Below are positions 36,200-50,500 of a stretch of 64,000 nt of DNA, one piece after another; position 1 is the first letter of the stretch, and every line of letters begins with the position of its first letter. The notes under the pieces are model-generated. The model searched no databases and had not been told where the DNA came from. It saw nothing but the letters and a program-made list of their open reading frames with translations. The position numbers and the translations under genes are program-made. The stretch is from the NCBI GenBank assembly GCA_026914245.1, contig CP110439.1:3596001-3660000 (forward strand), given 5' to 3'. The stretch comes from Puccinia triticina (Eukaryota).

Positions 36200-36818
36200 C
36201 AAACTTAACGCAAGTCCCTCCTCGGGGGAGCGCAGCGACCTCCGAAGGAGGGACTTGTGCCCAATGTCCCATATTTGGCTTGAGGTTGCCCAGCCAATTG
36301 TCCAAAAATTCCCTTTGAACCCATGTATCACCTGGTACACCTCTAATTTCCTCACAGCCTCCGGTACCGTTAGAATTACCTTCTCTTTCTACATGTTACT
36401 ATGTATTCCATCAAACTTACATCCCCATCCCTTGCAAGTAATTTGGATGTAAAAAACTGGCTGGGAAGGTCTTGTGGGGCCAAAATCGTGAGAACCTGGA
36501 CCTGCAATTGGTGGCAGTCGGCCCTACGGGTCCATCACATTGCTCAGGAACAGCCCTCACAAGAATGGCTGCTGGGCGGCCAGTTTTTGATGGATTCATT
36601 TGAAAAAATATGTACAAGACAGCTGAGATTTTGGGCTACAACATGGTACATGTGGCTTTGACGTTGACACTGAGAGAGAGGAGTAAGACAGATGTAACAA
36701 CAAAAAACTTGATTTTCTGCATAAAACCCCGTCAGCCTCAGGCCAAGAATGGGACTTTAGTCCTAAGCCCTCCTTTGGAGACACTACACGCCTCCTTGGA
36801 GAGGCTTAGTTAAGCTTG
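36200..36818. mobile_element. Non-autonomous AcademH-type element
   Basis: Ends CAAACTTAAC...GTTAAGCTTG; degenerate 9-bp TSD CCCACCGCC/CACACTGCC; body homologous to 17613-18192. Confidence 0.75.
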
Positions 36819-37964
36819 CACACTGCCTACCCACCACCATCTGAGCTTACACCCCGGACGCACTTTTAAAGTTTTCCTTTGGGTGACATTGAAAGGGAGC
36901 GGTTACATTTGAAAAACCATTGAAGTGCCCTCTTTTGAGTAGCTTTCAAAATTCATCCAAATGTTTTCCCAATTTTTGGGAAAAACTTCGGATGACTTTT
37001 GAAAGTATGAATTTATCCGGAAAAAACCCGCCCAACCAGCGGGTTTCACCGGATTATCTCTTTGGAGCTCAACTCCAATTGCCCTTTGAAAGGCCTTCGG
37101 TGGAGAAACCAGCTCCGCCAAATGTCTCTCAAAGGGCATTTGGAAGATATTTGAGCGCCATCCTCAGGGTTCCCAACCCAAGGATATTCAAATGATTTTC
37201 AAAAATCATTCAAAGCTGACCCATTGAGTTTGCTGGTCCCAATACTTTGCAATTTACAGCGCTGTGGGACGCAGTACGCAGCAACTGAAACTGCCTTTTT
37301 TGTCCGACTTCAATTGGAAACAGACTCCCAACACTTCTTATCCCACCCGTTCCTTGCTGATGATGCTCCTCCCACCATCTCTTCATTTTCCCCATTTCCT
37401 CCTCCCCTCACAGATCACATTCCTGATTGGCCGTTGAGCCCGCTGGGACCGCGAGTTCCAAGGTAAGTTGAAATCTTCCTACAAGTTTGTCCAAAGTCCA
37501 ATGGTGAACCCTAAACTCATCTGAATCTGCTCATCAGGCAAGAAGCTCCCAACCCTTGCCCTGCCAATAGTCTGAGCGATATTTACATAGCTACGTAGAG
37601 CAGGTTCTGGTTTTGCAGCTTGGCTTGATTATCTGCCGTTCCAAATCAGCTTGATTGAGGCCTGGGGCCAAGATCCAAAGAGTAAATCATTATCAGCTCC
37701 CTCTATCTTGATCTCTCTCTCACGTCGTTTCTGTCTTCTCTCCCCCCCCCTCCTCTCTCCATAGTCCACTATCTGATACATGATTGATGTATTATAAAGC
37801 TTCCCCAACATAATTTGTAAAGTGTTTAATTATTTTTGCTCAAATAGATTGAATACAAAAAATATATACCGAGTACAATTTGGTCTGGATGGGTCCCCAA
37901 TGCGCGGGGGTGAGCCGGGCTGAGGAGCATTTGAGAAAATGAGCGGGCCCAGAAGGTCCCACTC

Positions 37965-38327
37965 AAATCCAAGTATATTAAAGTCTCAGAATTGTACAAA
38001 AAAAATTCAAGGGTTCTCCCTACAAAATGACTAAATATATAAAAAAAAATCAAGGGTTTCCCCTCCAACAAAACAGACAGACCAAATCAGAGACCACCAT
38101 CATTCATCAAAATCATAATAAAAAAACAAGGCCACTAAACAAAACAATATGACAAGCCCGCACCCTGCCACCAAACGTCAGCAAGCTGACATACCGTGGC
38201 CCACCGCCCATCCCTGTCTAGCAGGGTCAAAAAGCGGTGAGAGGAAGACCCCCAGCCCGTAAGCACGGGGGGGTCCACGAGTAGCGCCCCGCCAAACTGC
38301 GCAAATGCAACAGCGGACGGGGGTGAG
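37965..38327 (+). repeat. Dispersed repeat, three copies (also ~52385-52766 inverted and ~58182-58529)
   Basis: Shared blocks ATCCAAGTATATTAAAG, AAAAAATTCAAGGGTT, CCATCCCTGTCTAGCAGGGT, TGCAACAGCGGA. Confidence 0.85.
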
Positions 38328-39239
38328 ACAACCCCCGGCTGGAAGCCAGCCCGGGGATTCGCCTGAAGGAAATTGGAATGCCAGCGGTCATCTATGTATT
38401 TATACCCGCATTGTCGTCTTCCACTCCGCCCACCGCCTCACTGACACTTTTCCATCCTCGCAACTCGTCCCATGGTAACCCCCGCCCCACTCAACGAAGC
38501 TCCTCAAACTAACGCCTGTCGTCTCCGCCTGGACGGCTCCCGGGCCCGCAAACCTTTTGGCACTTGCCTCACGCGCGCCACAGCCGTTGCAACCCCCAAT
38601 CCGTCCCTCAATTCGTCCCAGACCCCTACGGTACGCTCCATTATTCCTAGGCAGTTTTGTACACACCAAGTTACAAACCTTTCCTGTCACTTGGCCCACG
38701 GCCGCCGCAGCTGTTGCCACCACAAGGCCCAAGCTGTCTCTCAATTTGATCCAGATCTCTAGGGTACGCTGTATTCTCCCCTAGGCGCTTTTGCACAGAA
38801 AAATATCGAAACCCAGGCTGACCAAACGTGGCCAACACCACCGTCATTCGCCGTTGTTCAATGTCGTGCACATTTTTTCTGAGCGTGGGATGAGTGCTAT
38901 CCCCATTGTTGATTCCAATGATGTGATGAAGTGCCCCCAAGATTAGGGTTTCGAGTTCTTTTTGTGACATCATCCTTAGCCAAGAAGCAATTGGCTGTCT
39001 TATTATTTTGGGCCGGGATAGAAGACTGTATATCCCTCGACTGGCGAAGCAATTGTTACTTCCAATACCCAAGCGTGCGGCAGTGCTCCAAAGCAATCTT
39101 CAGATCAGCACGCTGGGGCCGAGCTCATGATCTCCGGCCATCAATCGCTGGATTGCAAATCCCGAGAGGAAACATAAATCCCACCTCGTCCTTGATCATG
39201 GTCTCGCTGTGCCCCTGCTTCCTCAAGCAAACAACAAAG

Positions 39240-40367
39240 ATGTTTTGTTCATCCAGTCTTGTGTCCTGTTTTTATGCTGCCTCGCTCCTCACCACTCAGC
39301 TAGCCGCCAACCCGGTCGGCTCAGCTCCCTTAAGCTTCCAAGCCGAGCCCCTCAGCCAAGTCGCCTCCTTCAAGGGCTGGCCATCTGATGCAGATGAGCC
39401 ATCCCCTGACACTGTCTTTGCCATCAGTTCATCCCTCCAGCCCAACGATGTGCACAATAGTATCTTGCCCATCCCTTCCTTCTTTGTCGGCCTCTTTGAA
39501 TGCTTCCTCAACTGGCTCTCCCTCTTCAGTCCTGTTGCTCATCCTGACCGCTATGAGCACCACTTTGGTAAACCAATTGAATGTACCAAATACACCATAG
39601 GACATGTGTAAGTTGAACCACAAACGCCATGTGTAAGTTGAACCACAAACGTGCATTCAAGATTTTGAAACGTCAAAGGAGCAACCCCCAAAAAATTCAC
39701 CTGAGCTTCAAATATTCTTTGAAAGATATTGAAAATTTCCATTACAGCCAGGGTCAGCGAAGTCGAGCTGGTGTAACTTGGAATAACCTTCCAAGTGTTG
39801 CATCGGGGCTGAACCTTTGCAATCTGATGCATTTCTCATAATCATCGCTTGCTTCTTCTCCCCAGGCTCGACGAGGTGCTCCACCACCCTTCCAAGCCCG
39901 TCTTCCGCTCCACCATCTCAAGACGAGTGTGGGAGTGATGCCCGTCCACCTCCCCTCCACCGCCTCGCATGGCTCATCAATGTCTCAAGCCCAGTCCAAG
40001 AGGCGGTCAACAATCCAGACGCGGATTTCACCCTCTTTGCGCCGGACAATGATGCGCTCATGCCTCCGTCCAAGAAGCGCCGCGACTTGATGGTAAACCC
40101 CTTCGATCCTGCATCTGTCAATCAAGCGTCCCACAGCAACCATTCTATTCATTGTTTTGGCATGCAATTGAGGCCCTCAAATCAATGTCAGACTGCCCTA
40201 ACATGAACTTATGGGCTGAGGGAGAACACAACAAGAAGGAACCCGAGAAGAATTTCTTCCTTCATGCCGTGGAGATGGTCCTCAAGTACCATGTCTCACC
40301 TGGTAGCAAGAGAATCCACGAGATTCTTGACAACAGCACCCTCCCAACTGAAATCCTGATCTTGTGA
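39240..40367 (+). pseudogene. Decayed fasciclin (FAS1)-domain secreted protein fragment
   Basis: Hydrophobic N-terminus; FAS1 H1 motif FTLFAPDNDAL, then VLKYHV in another frame; multiple frame breaks. Confidence 0.6.
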
Positions 40368-40569
40368 GTAAACTCCCCCATCTAAATAAATGTGAGTAGC
40401 TGGCAATAACATTTCCTCCCTTGCCGCTTTTTTGAGTATAGGCCCATCCCGGATGCACCATGCCCGGGGAAATCATCCTACACCTTTTCACCTAATTAGA
40501 AGTGCTCACATACATACCTGGTGATTCTGATGAAAAACAGTGTGATCTAAATCATACAGAAGGTCCAGT

Positions 40570-40930
40570 AGGAATACAGACCAAAAAAGACCTAGACCAC
40601 CTAGACCTGTAGCAAAAGCTTGTGCAGTTAAATTCAGACCACCCAGACCCCCGCAAAAGCCTGCGCGGTCAAATCCAGCTGTGATGAAAGCAGAAGCTTA
40701 CGTGGTTAAATCCAGACCACCCAGACCCGCGGCAAAAGCCTGCGCGGTTAAATCCAGCTGTGACAAAAGGTAAGCCCTTTCCACAGTCCAGACCCCCAGA
40801 CCCAGACCTAAACCAAAGTCCCGAGCTGACAAGTGTAACACTTGCTCAGTCCACAGCAAAAGCTTGCATAGTTAAATCCAGACCAGCTAGACCCGCGGCA
40901 AAAGCTTGCGCAGTTAAATCTAGCTGTGCT
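40570..40930. repeat. Degenerate tandem repeat
   Basis: Recurring AAAGC(C/T)TGCGC(G/A)GTTAAATCCAG and CCAGACC units. Confidence 0.7.
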
Positions 40931-42679
40931 GAAAGAAGCAAGAACCAATAAGGTCAACGCACTAGGTTTAGGAAGAACAAGAAACAAAAGACTAGGAGAA
41001 ACCTTGCTGCACAATTCTGTCCCAAGATATTGTTGGACTCGCTCCAAGGCAGAATTAAAGGGAGCAAAACCAGCAGGTTTCTCTCCAGCCATACTGCCAG
41101 GTCAAAAATAAGCTGATACACTAATGCTTGTCTGGCATCAATATTCTAAAATATTGATCATCGTCTATCTCTCATTCTTTCTCACACTTCACATGATCTA
41201 TAAGCTCAGAACCAGAATCTTTACTCCCAGTTATAGCACAGTCTCGGACTGCTTTCAGGTAAAGATTTGGATAGCTTTACAATTGTTGTTTGTTATCAAT
41301 TGTAGTTACAAGAATCTAACTGGAATATAACTCTAAGTTGTTCCATTTCTTTTGAGTCCCACTGCTGCACTGGTTGAGATGATCTGGTTATCCGACATCA
41401 TGAAACAGATCATTGATACCAAACAGAAATCCTTCCAAGGAAAAAATATTGGCAGTCAAGGCGTCAACAAGGGCAAATCAACTACTGGATTGGCCAAGAT
41501 TCTTTCTGGCAAACCTGAGTTGATCAAAGAAGTTGAAGGAGGAAGATCAGTGGGTTTTCATCAAGAATGAAGAGGGATTCCATGACAAGGATGGCCCTAC
41601 TTAGAAAAATTGATATGACAATTCCCCATGAGGAAAACAAACCTGATATTTTATTATTATCATGATATTTAGTTTTGGAGGTTTTGTTGTCTTTTTTTCT
41701 TGAATGCACTTGATGTTTACTTGAAGCATGATTTTGTTTCTATGTGCAAGTCATACATCCTGCTCATTATTCATATTTACTGATGTCCATGTAAGTGTGT
41801 ACCTGTGTGTATAATATTATTACTTCTACAAATCTTCTTTACTTCCCTGGAAATTTGGCACCCCAGTATAGAGGCCATGGTCTTAACCTGTCTTTTTTTA
41901 ATCCTCTCTCTCCTATTCCACTGCATGGTCACCTATTTCTCTATCTTGTTCTTGCCCTTGTTCTCACTGCTTTCCACTCTATCCATTTTCTTCTCTCTTT
42001 TCTCCACATACTCCCCTGTCTGATACTATCAATCTTCAGTGGGCAAATCCTCTATGAGTTGAAGCTCCATCTTTTGTGTATAAATCTGGGGGTCCTCAAG
42101 AGCTACTGAAATATAAAGTGAAGCACAAATCTCCACTTGTGCATATTATTATGGATGCCAGACCAGTGACATGTGGCAATGCCAAGGATGTCCCCTCACA
42201 TCTTATTGATATATATAAAGGCCACGGAATCTGCACAATACAGTATGTGAAGGTCCCAATTCTTTAACTAAAAGACAAAAAAGAAAATTGGGCTAGCATC
42301 TGAGGGAATTTTTCTTGGATGTCACTAACTGAAGGCCTGATGCGCTGCAGCGGCGAAGCCGCCTTAGCCTCTAGTAACATATCTGACTTACAATTGACAT
42401 TGCTTCAAAGTTTGAGCCTGAACTACTGTTGATTAGTCTGGAATTTGGGAATTGCTGTCTTCCCAAGTTGTGTTAGTAATTTTTCCCTCTTCAGACTTCT
42501 GTCTATTGTAGAAGTAGAGTAATTTTTTGAATTAAATTTTTGACTTCTTTTGGTTTTGAAGTGGTTGACTTGAATTGGCGTGTGCCACACTAACGTACGC
42601 CCTTACGTTTGTGTGACAACGGGGAGTCCTACACTGCGCGCCTCCTCGGAGAGGCTTATGTAATAAGCTCCTCAACTGG

Positions 42680-43760
42680 CCGGGTGGATCTCTTCAACCC
42701 ACACTCCAATTGATGGCTGACCACCGGGTGGAGTACACACTCCGCTCGATGAACGGCAATCGAGCGGAGTATACATCCCACCCGATGACCGGGCATCCAC
42801 TGGGGTGTGTACTCCACTAATGATGACTGGCCATCGAGTCCTGTGCACACCACTCGATGACCGGCCATCGAGCGGCGTTCTGGGGTTTAATGCCGCTCAA
42901 TGGCCATTGAGTGGAGTACATACCCCACTCAATGCCCGAGTGCTCCCCCCTCGATGACCTGTCTGTACAGGTCATCGAGAGGACATGTGACTCCCCTCGA
43001 TGGCTGGCACAGACCGGTCATCGAGAGGAGATGTTACTCCCCTCAATGGCTGGTACGGACTGGTCATTGAGAGGAATTATTCCCCTCGATGACCTGTATT
43101 GACCGGTCATCAAGAGGTGTAAGTCCCCTCGATGACCGGCACAGACTGATGATCATCGAGGGGAGGTGTTACTCCTCTTGATGATCCGTATAGACCGGTC
43201 ATTGAGAGGTGGAAGTGCCCTCAATGACTGGCACAGACTAGTCATCAAGGGGAGGTGTTACTCCTCTCAATGACCTGGACGGACATTGAGGGGAGAGAGG
43301 AGTAACACGTCCTCTTGATGACTGGTCTGTACCGGTCATCAAGAGGTGTGAGTCCCCTCAATGACCGGCACAATCCGGTCATCAAGAGGTTTGAGTCCCC
43401 TCGATGACCGGCACAGACCATTCATTGAGAGGAGGTGTGTCGAATCTCCTTGATGCCGGTCTGTACCGGTCATTGGGGGGAATCACACCTCTCGATGACC
43501 TGTACAAACCTGTCATCGAGGTGTGACTCCCTTCGATGACCAGCACGGGCCAGTCATCAAGAGGAGGTGTGAACCTCCTCGATCCAGGTCTGTACTGGTC
43601 ATCGGGGGGAATTACTCCTCTCAATACCTGTACACACCGGTCATCGAGAGGTGTGAGTCCCCTCGATGAACGGCATGGACCAGTCATCGAGAGGAGATTC
43701 CACTCCAATTAACTTTTTTTTTCTTTTGCCCCTGTGGTGTACCGGTGATCAAGAGGTGTC
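42680..43760. repeat. Palindromic minisatellite array (CTCGATGACCGG...CCGGTCATCGAG), remnant of a CACTA-like element
   Basis: Same core motif as 18530-19670; fragment also at ~10130-10205. Confidence 0.8.
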
Positions 43761-46601
43761 AGCGGGCATCCGGGTGGCCAGACAGGGTGTGTACATAGTA
43801 TACCCTGCTTGACTGGGGTTCAACTTGAACCCCATATGCACTCCAGCTCAGCTCTGGCTGGAGAGCTCTGCACTCTCCTTTCAGGGAGGAGAAATATCAT
43901 GAATGGAGTGCTGGGGATATGCACTCTAATTTTATGGAGTGGGACTCACCGGCACTCAATACATTTGCTGGCCACTGCAGTTCTTTGTGGTGCACTCCAA
44001 AGACTCTTGAGTCCCTGGTTCTGCACTCCAGCCAACTTGGAGTATTCTACTCTGTACTCCAACAATCATTGGAGCGCGCACTCCATACACTCACTTGTGA
44101 AGTGCTTTTGGGATTTTTTTGGAGTGTACTTAGGCTGACCCAAAAAAATACCAAAACATGCATCAGAGCAATCTACAGGGTATGGGTATACACAGAGGTA
44201 AAAAATCAGGTCAAAAAATTTGTATATTTGGTCAATATTTTGGATCAAGTCCACCTGATCACAGTTGGGCTTAGTTTCAGCATAGGTATGGTGTATGTTC
44301 TACATGTAACTTCCACAATACATCCCATACAATTCCAGTTAGGATCCGGTTAGATTGCGGCTGACATCAACCATTCTTTGAACAAAGATCAGACCAACTT
44401 CAAACCAACTTTGAACCAGTACCTTACAAGGTTCGGACCAAACCTCGGCATGAATTGAGAGAAGGCACTCGTAAACAGGTGCTGAGCAAACATCCGTGGT
44501 GTCAGTGCTTAGCTAAACTGAGTGTATAATTTCTCAAGGTTGGGTCACATAAAATCCTGACATAATACACTCTTGGACTAAATGTCAAAAAGTTGATATG
44601 AAATCCTGTGTAATGTGATCTACTACCATCCCCTGCCCCCTCCAAACTGGTCCATAACAGTTTTTCAGGAGTGAACTTGCACTCATGAGGCTTCAATTTT
44701 GTATGTTTTCAACTTAGAGAACCCTAAATGATCACCATGTACACAAGTAAATGATGGCAGGGTCTAGCCAAACCTAAACCCACATCATGTGAACAATCAA
44801 ACCTACCTAATGAAAACCCCAACTTGGATCACAGCATGCATATGCTTACTTGAGGAACGGTACCTAAATCTCACCTTGAAATAATCATAATTTCTTGGCA
44901 ATTTTATCAATTATTTTCCTGAGGAAAAATCAATTAAAGGTTGAAATTGATATTAACACATTTGGATTGGGCTGGATAGTAAAAATAACTAACATTAACA
45001 AGTCTACCTTGGGAGAATAAGTGGATGACTTTCAGGCTCATCAGCCACCCTTTGGAAGATGCTCTGTTCAGGGAGTGTATGCTGGAGCTCTTTGTGGGAG
45101 AGGACATGTTTCCTCTTGATGCTTTTCATTGTAGAGACCTGGTTGGGATGGCTGGTTCCTGCTGCCCTGCGGTAGCGGACCATGAATATCAATGCACATT
45201 TCTATCCGAGCACGCCTTCGAAGTGCTGGTGCGCCGCTTCACGGCCTCAGTGTCCCCTGCGCTCAGCCCGAGCTCCTCCTCTAACGCCTTGCGGGTCCGG
45301 ATGCTTGAAAACTCGTTGAGAGTCGGGCTCAGTGGAATTGGCCGGATGGGCTCCTGCAGCAGCGCTGGGGGCGATGAAACGACCCAGATCTCGCGGGCTG
45401 AGGAGGGCTGGCCGCCTCCAGGGGGTCGGTGTACATGATCTGGTCCAACATCACGTGCTGGATGAACGCCGACATGGACTGATAAACTCTCGCTCTCCTT
45501 TGGCTCTGGGTGCTTGGCTGGGGTGGCCAACGATGTAGCGGGGACGGCAACGGATGTATGGCCGTTCAATCTTGGATTCTTGAGGTGGCCAAATGAGAAG
45601 CTTGCGCTCGCGCTGGAAGTCGTCCTGGACAATCTTGGTAGCTTCCCTCATGATATTCGACATCAATTTCCCGCCGCTGCCGCCGGTCTGAAACAATTCT
45701 CGACGATTGGAGGAGAGGGGGTGTTGGGCAAGTGTGTTGAAGTAGTGGCGGAGCTTCTGTTTGTGGTGTTTTTGCCAACCCCGATCTGAGTCTGGGTGGG
45801 GTTGAGGCCGCGCGGTGAGCGGCCGAAGGGAAGGTTGACGTTGGGCCTGGAGATGGCGACTATCAGACTTGTGAGGATTGATGCGGGAGAGGTCTTCCAA
45901 CACGCCGGGAGAGGTATTACACAGCTGTTAAGGTTTAAACAGAAGATTATGCGGGTTGTCAGCATCCATTGGTATTGACTTGGCTTCACTGATGCAAAAC
46001 CTTACATGGTTGAATGTGAGGTGTTCAAGGGTGAGGGTGGAGCCGTTGCCTTGGCAAGGGGAGGTTGGCATGGTTTTGCAAAGGCAGCCTGGACTGGGCA
46101 TTCTGGTTACAGGTAGGGCGAAGGTGTAGGCCTTCAGTGGCGGCCCGGTGGGCAGGGGCACCAAATCGGAAGCCGTCGGGTTAGCGAGCACAGCTTTTTG
46201 GCAGTCGGGGTGGGAGGTGACTACTGGGATCCTGGCTACACACAAGTTCCCCCAAAGGGACTCAGAGCAAAAAGACCGGTGTGCTTGAGAAGGCAAGGAG
46301 AGATGGACCGGTCTGGAGGGCGGAAACGGCGGCAGAGATGAAGGCGCTGGACAGATGCTGTTGTTCGACAGACATATGGTGTGAATGTACATAGAAAACC
46401 CATGCTGCTTTTCCAGGCTCATTACTAAGAAATTCAAGGGTCACAAACCAGGGGCTTTGGGGGTTGGCTGAAGCAAGACAACACAAATGGTTGTAGGAGG
46501 GATTGGGCTTTGGTGCTTTGGGGACAAGAAGGTGTGCTCGAGGTGATTTTACCGCGGTAGGGGTGCATAAAATACCTAGACAATGGTTGGGATGACAATG
46601 T

Positions 46602-46784
46602 TGTTGTAGCACGGTGTAATCCACTATCGGGATTACCCCATACTACCATGTAATATTACATAACATAATATTACATAATGCTCGACCGTGCTTGTACACT
46701 ATGACACTTTGTACCTACTATAAATACTTTGTATTTCTACCTTGAATATTCTCTACCGATAATATTATTCTCTTTGCTCTATTA
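46602..46784 (+). repeat. Copia 5' LTR (TG...TA)
   Basis: Direct repeat of 52075-52257; one mismatch seen (46684 G vs 52157 A). Confidence 0.97.
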
Positions 46785-47511
46785 GGTTATGAGCCTTCTC
46801 GATTAATTAGAGCACATATACAAATTACCCTTTTTCATTATTATCTTTCAGACTGTGTGTCGAGACCAATTTTAACTTTCTTCCTATCTCTGGCCTGTGT
46901 GGCATCGTATTTCCTCTCAAAAGCTGTGTGCTGTGTGCTGTTTTAACATCCTCGATATCATTCGGACTCTTCGGCGATTAATAAACCCGTATAACTGTGG
47001 TATTCAAAATTGATTTTCAAACCACTTTTTACATAAAATCATAAGATCTACATGTCCAAACTTTTGATGGGGTGAAAGTTGAGGGTTCTCTTCATTTCAA
47101 GCACCTCTCAAAACTTTCATAAATCTTATGATTTTATGTAAAATGAAATTCAAAAATCAATTTTGAATACCCTAAACCTAGAAATAACATTTCATTCTTT
47201 ACATCATTATACTCCTTTCTGCTCCGACTATTTCATCTATTTGGAGATACAAATTATTAAATATGCTGTGGCTAGAGATATGCTTCCTTACGACCTCGGC
47301 AATCTCCGTTCTCCTACTTCTATTCTGGAAATTAAAAATTCTACTACTCGACGGACCGCTGGTCAATGACTTACCATTGACACATAAATACCAGCCTTCC
47401 TTTGACCCAGAACCGACCCCATCCCATCCTAATCATACATCTCCACTCTTTATCAATTTGCTCAACACCTTTCCTTTCGGTCTTTTATCGCAAATCTTAT
47501 TATTTCTCAAG

Positions 47512-50500
47512 ATGCCAGTTCAACGATCCCCTCCTCAACAAGCTGCTGCCACTCCCGGTTCCCTTGGTGATGGCGATGAACACTCACTCCACAATGAACC
47601 CCTTCTGGATGATCAACACGTTGATTATCGTCGGCGCAGACCAATTACTCCTGTCCAGCAAATTCCAGCACGGGACCGCCACCAACGTCGCCAACCAGCT
47701 CCCCAACCCCGGAGGGAAGAGGACGACCTTTCTCTCATCGCGGATCAACGCGCGGTTAATGGGCTGGTGAAATCGGCGAGTCTAATCTTTTAAAGCCGGA
47801 TGGATCTAACTACATGCTTTGGTTAAAAGCTTTGATGGGGATTGGTGCGGATTGTTTGGACGACCAGGACTTCTTTTCCGGACCTTGTGTTCGGCCGCGA
47901 ATGGTTAGCGTTGGGCGAAGGATCATCTTGGGCGTAATCAATCCTTCCATGAAGAACGAGCTTCAAGAATTGGGGACCGCTTGGGATATGTTGGAGGCAA
48001 TCAAGGCGAGGTTCAGCGGCGTTACAAAGGCGAAGATGTTGGGGGTTTTGCAGCAACTTCGGAATGTGGAGGTCAACATGTCCCAGAATCCGGCACGGGT
48101 GGCGACGGAGATGAAGACCTTGTTGGATGAATTGAATGCGATGGGTACTGTGTTCCATTATGACAATCTCCTCCCGCTCATCATCCATGAAAATGTCGCC
48201 CCTGGGACTGCCCTGCGTTTTGAGTTTGACAGACGGATTGATGCTGAAATTTCACTCAACAATCATCAACCGATCACTTTTGAGAAAACCTGGAAGACGT
48301 TGTCGGCAGCGATTCATCAGGTCGAATCCTCTCAATCCCTTCAATCCAACAAGCCACAGGTGCATTTCAATTCGACTTCTGCTCCGATGGATCGTTCAGC
48401 ATCAGTAGTCAGTCACGAGGACAATGTTTATGTCTTGGCGGCCAACCCTCAAGCAACAAGGAATAAGTGTTACCGTTGCAAATCTTTCGGTCACTTGTTG
48501 GCCAACTGTCCCCTGAACAACCCAGCGACCCATCGTTACCCTTCCCACTCCCAACCCCCTGTTCCCTACCCCAGATCGCAACAACCCGCCATGCAAGCCT
48601 TCTATCCCATCATTTCCCCTGCCGGATCCACCCCGTGTTACTATCCCCAACGACAACCGGCTCCCAATCCCAATCTGATCCCCATTCCCCGACCTCAAGA
48701 CACCTACAGACCACAGTACTTTCAACAGAACCAACAATCTGGCCATGGACCGGGACCTTCAGCGAGAGCGGCCGGGCCTTCCCTTGAACAACACGGGCCG
48801 TCGTTCAACAACCTGGACCTGAACGGGAATGCTGCTGGGGATGTTAATCATCAGGAGACATTGTTTGACACTGGGGCGTCTCACCACCTCAGCGGGGATA
48901 AGTCAGCGCTCTTTGATTTTACAATCCTAGAGCGTCCAATTCCTTTGAGGGTAGCTACTGACGGTGAATCGCAATTCATCACAGCTCGGGGCAGCCTAGC
49001 TTTTATTGGTCCCAATGGAACGAGGGTGGTCCTTAGGGACGTATTGTACTGTCCTTTCGCGAATTTTACTCTCATCTCCCCGGCAGCGCTGCGACTTCAG
49101 GGTCTCCATTTTTCCCTTGACGTTTCCTCTGATAGTTTTCTCCTATATCAAGGATCGTTGTTGTGGGCCAGATGTTGACTTAATCCCTCTACTCGCAAAT
49201 GGGTCTTCCCTTCTCCCATTCACAATCCTTATTTCTTAATCTCTAATGTATCAGCTCCACCAACTGTCTTTTCTCTACCACCTTCACTTCTACCGCATCC
49301 TCCATTGGTACAATTACCGCCCCCTAATCTTCTTAGTCCACCTCAGGTTAATGTTGTATCTCAAACACCATCCATGTCAACCATTCCGTCATTCAGCGCA
49401 GCGGACGCACCCAATGAAGACTTGTTTCTCGTTTCTGTTCCTGATCAAAGGGACAACAATTGGGAGGCGCCTAGCTTGACTCAAACTGAACGTTACCTGC
49501 TATTCTTACATAAGAAATTTGGGCACGTCAGTCTGAGGACATTAAAGCAAATGATAACTTGCAATGTTGGCGAAGGACTGCCAACAAGCCTTCCCCCTGG
49601 GAAAATTCATTGCTCGTCTTGCTGGATAGCGAAGAGTAAACAGGTCGCTATCCTTAAACAAGAGGGACGCTCCTTTGAAAGGTTAGAAGCTTTGACGGTG
49701 GACCTCATTGGGCCCTTTGAAATTCCATCTATCAATGGGGGACAATACATTCTGACAATAAGAGATATAGGTACGGGGTACAATGAGATCAAGATTATTG
49801 CGGCTAAATCGGAAGCAACAGTCCTTGTGATGGAAACAATCCTGCGGTTGGAGAGGGTAACAAAACTACAAGTCAAGATACTTCGCTCAGACAACAGAGG
49901 CGAGTTCAACAGCACCAATTTAGCTACTTTTCTTAAGAATAAAGGTATCACGGCGGAAAGGGCGATAGCCTATCACCATTATCAGAATGGCGTGATAGAG
50001 CGCTTCAACCGTACTTTACAGGAAACCGGCAGGACACTACTGCTAGATTCTGGCTTGCCGAAGGCGTTCTGGGGACTAGCATTCCAATGGGCAAGTATGG
50101 TACTGAATAGAATTCCCAACTCGGCTTCGGGCACCTTAACATCGTACAAGAAGTTCTTTCAAAGACGACCGATGTTTGACGTTTTACGACCGTTCGGGGC
50201 GAAAGCATACGTTCACGTATTCGCAGAGCAACGAACTAAACTAGCGGACAGAGCTGTGGAAGGTGTTGTGGTCAGTTGTTTGTCAGAAAGCAAAGGATGG
50301 TGCTTCTGGATACCGAAAGAAGACAAATTCGTAAACTCAGCAATTTGTCGGTTCTTGGACATCGACGACCGCAACATACTCCCAATAAACGACAACGTAC
50401 CAAAAATACCAGTCTATCCGTCCAGTAACTCGTTTGAATGTGTAGTCTATCGATTTTCCCTTGGAGATTTCTCGGACGAGATTGAAGTGGATAAACAGGA

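Noticed and set aside
42620..42672. Another AcademH-like right end (GCCTCCTCGGAGAGGC..AAGCTCC)
   Set aside because: No matching left end or TSD found, so boundaries cannot be supported.
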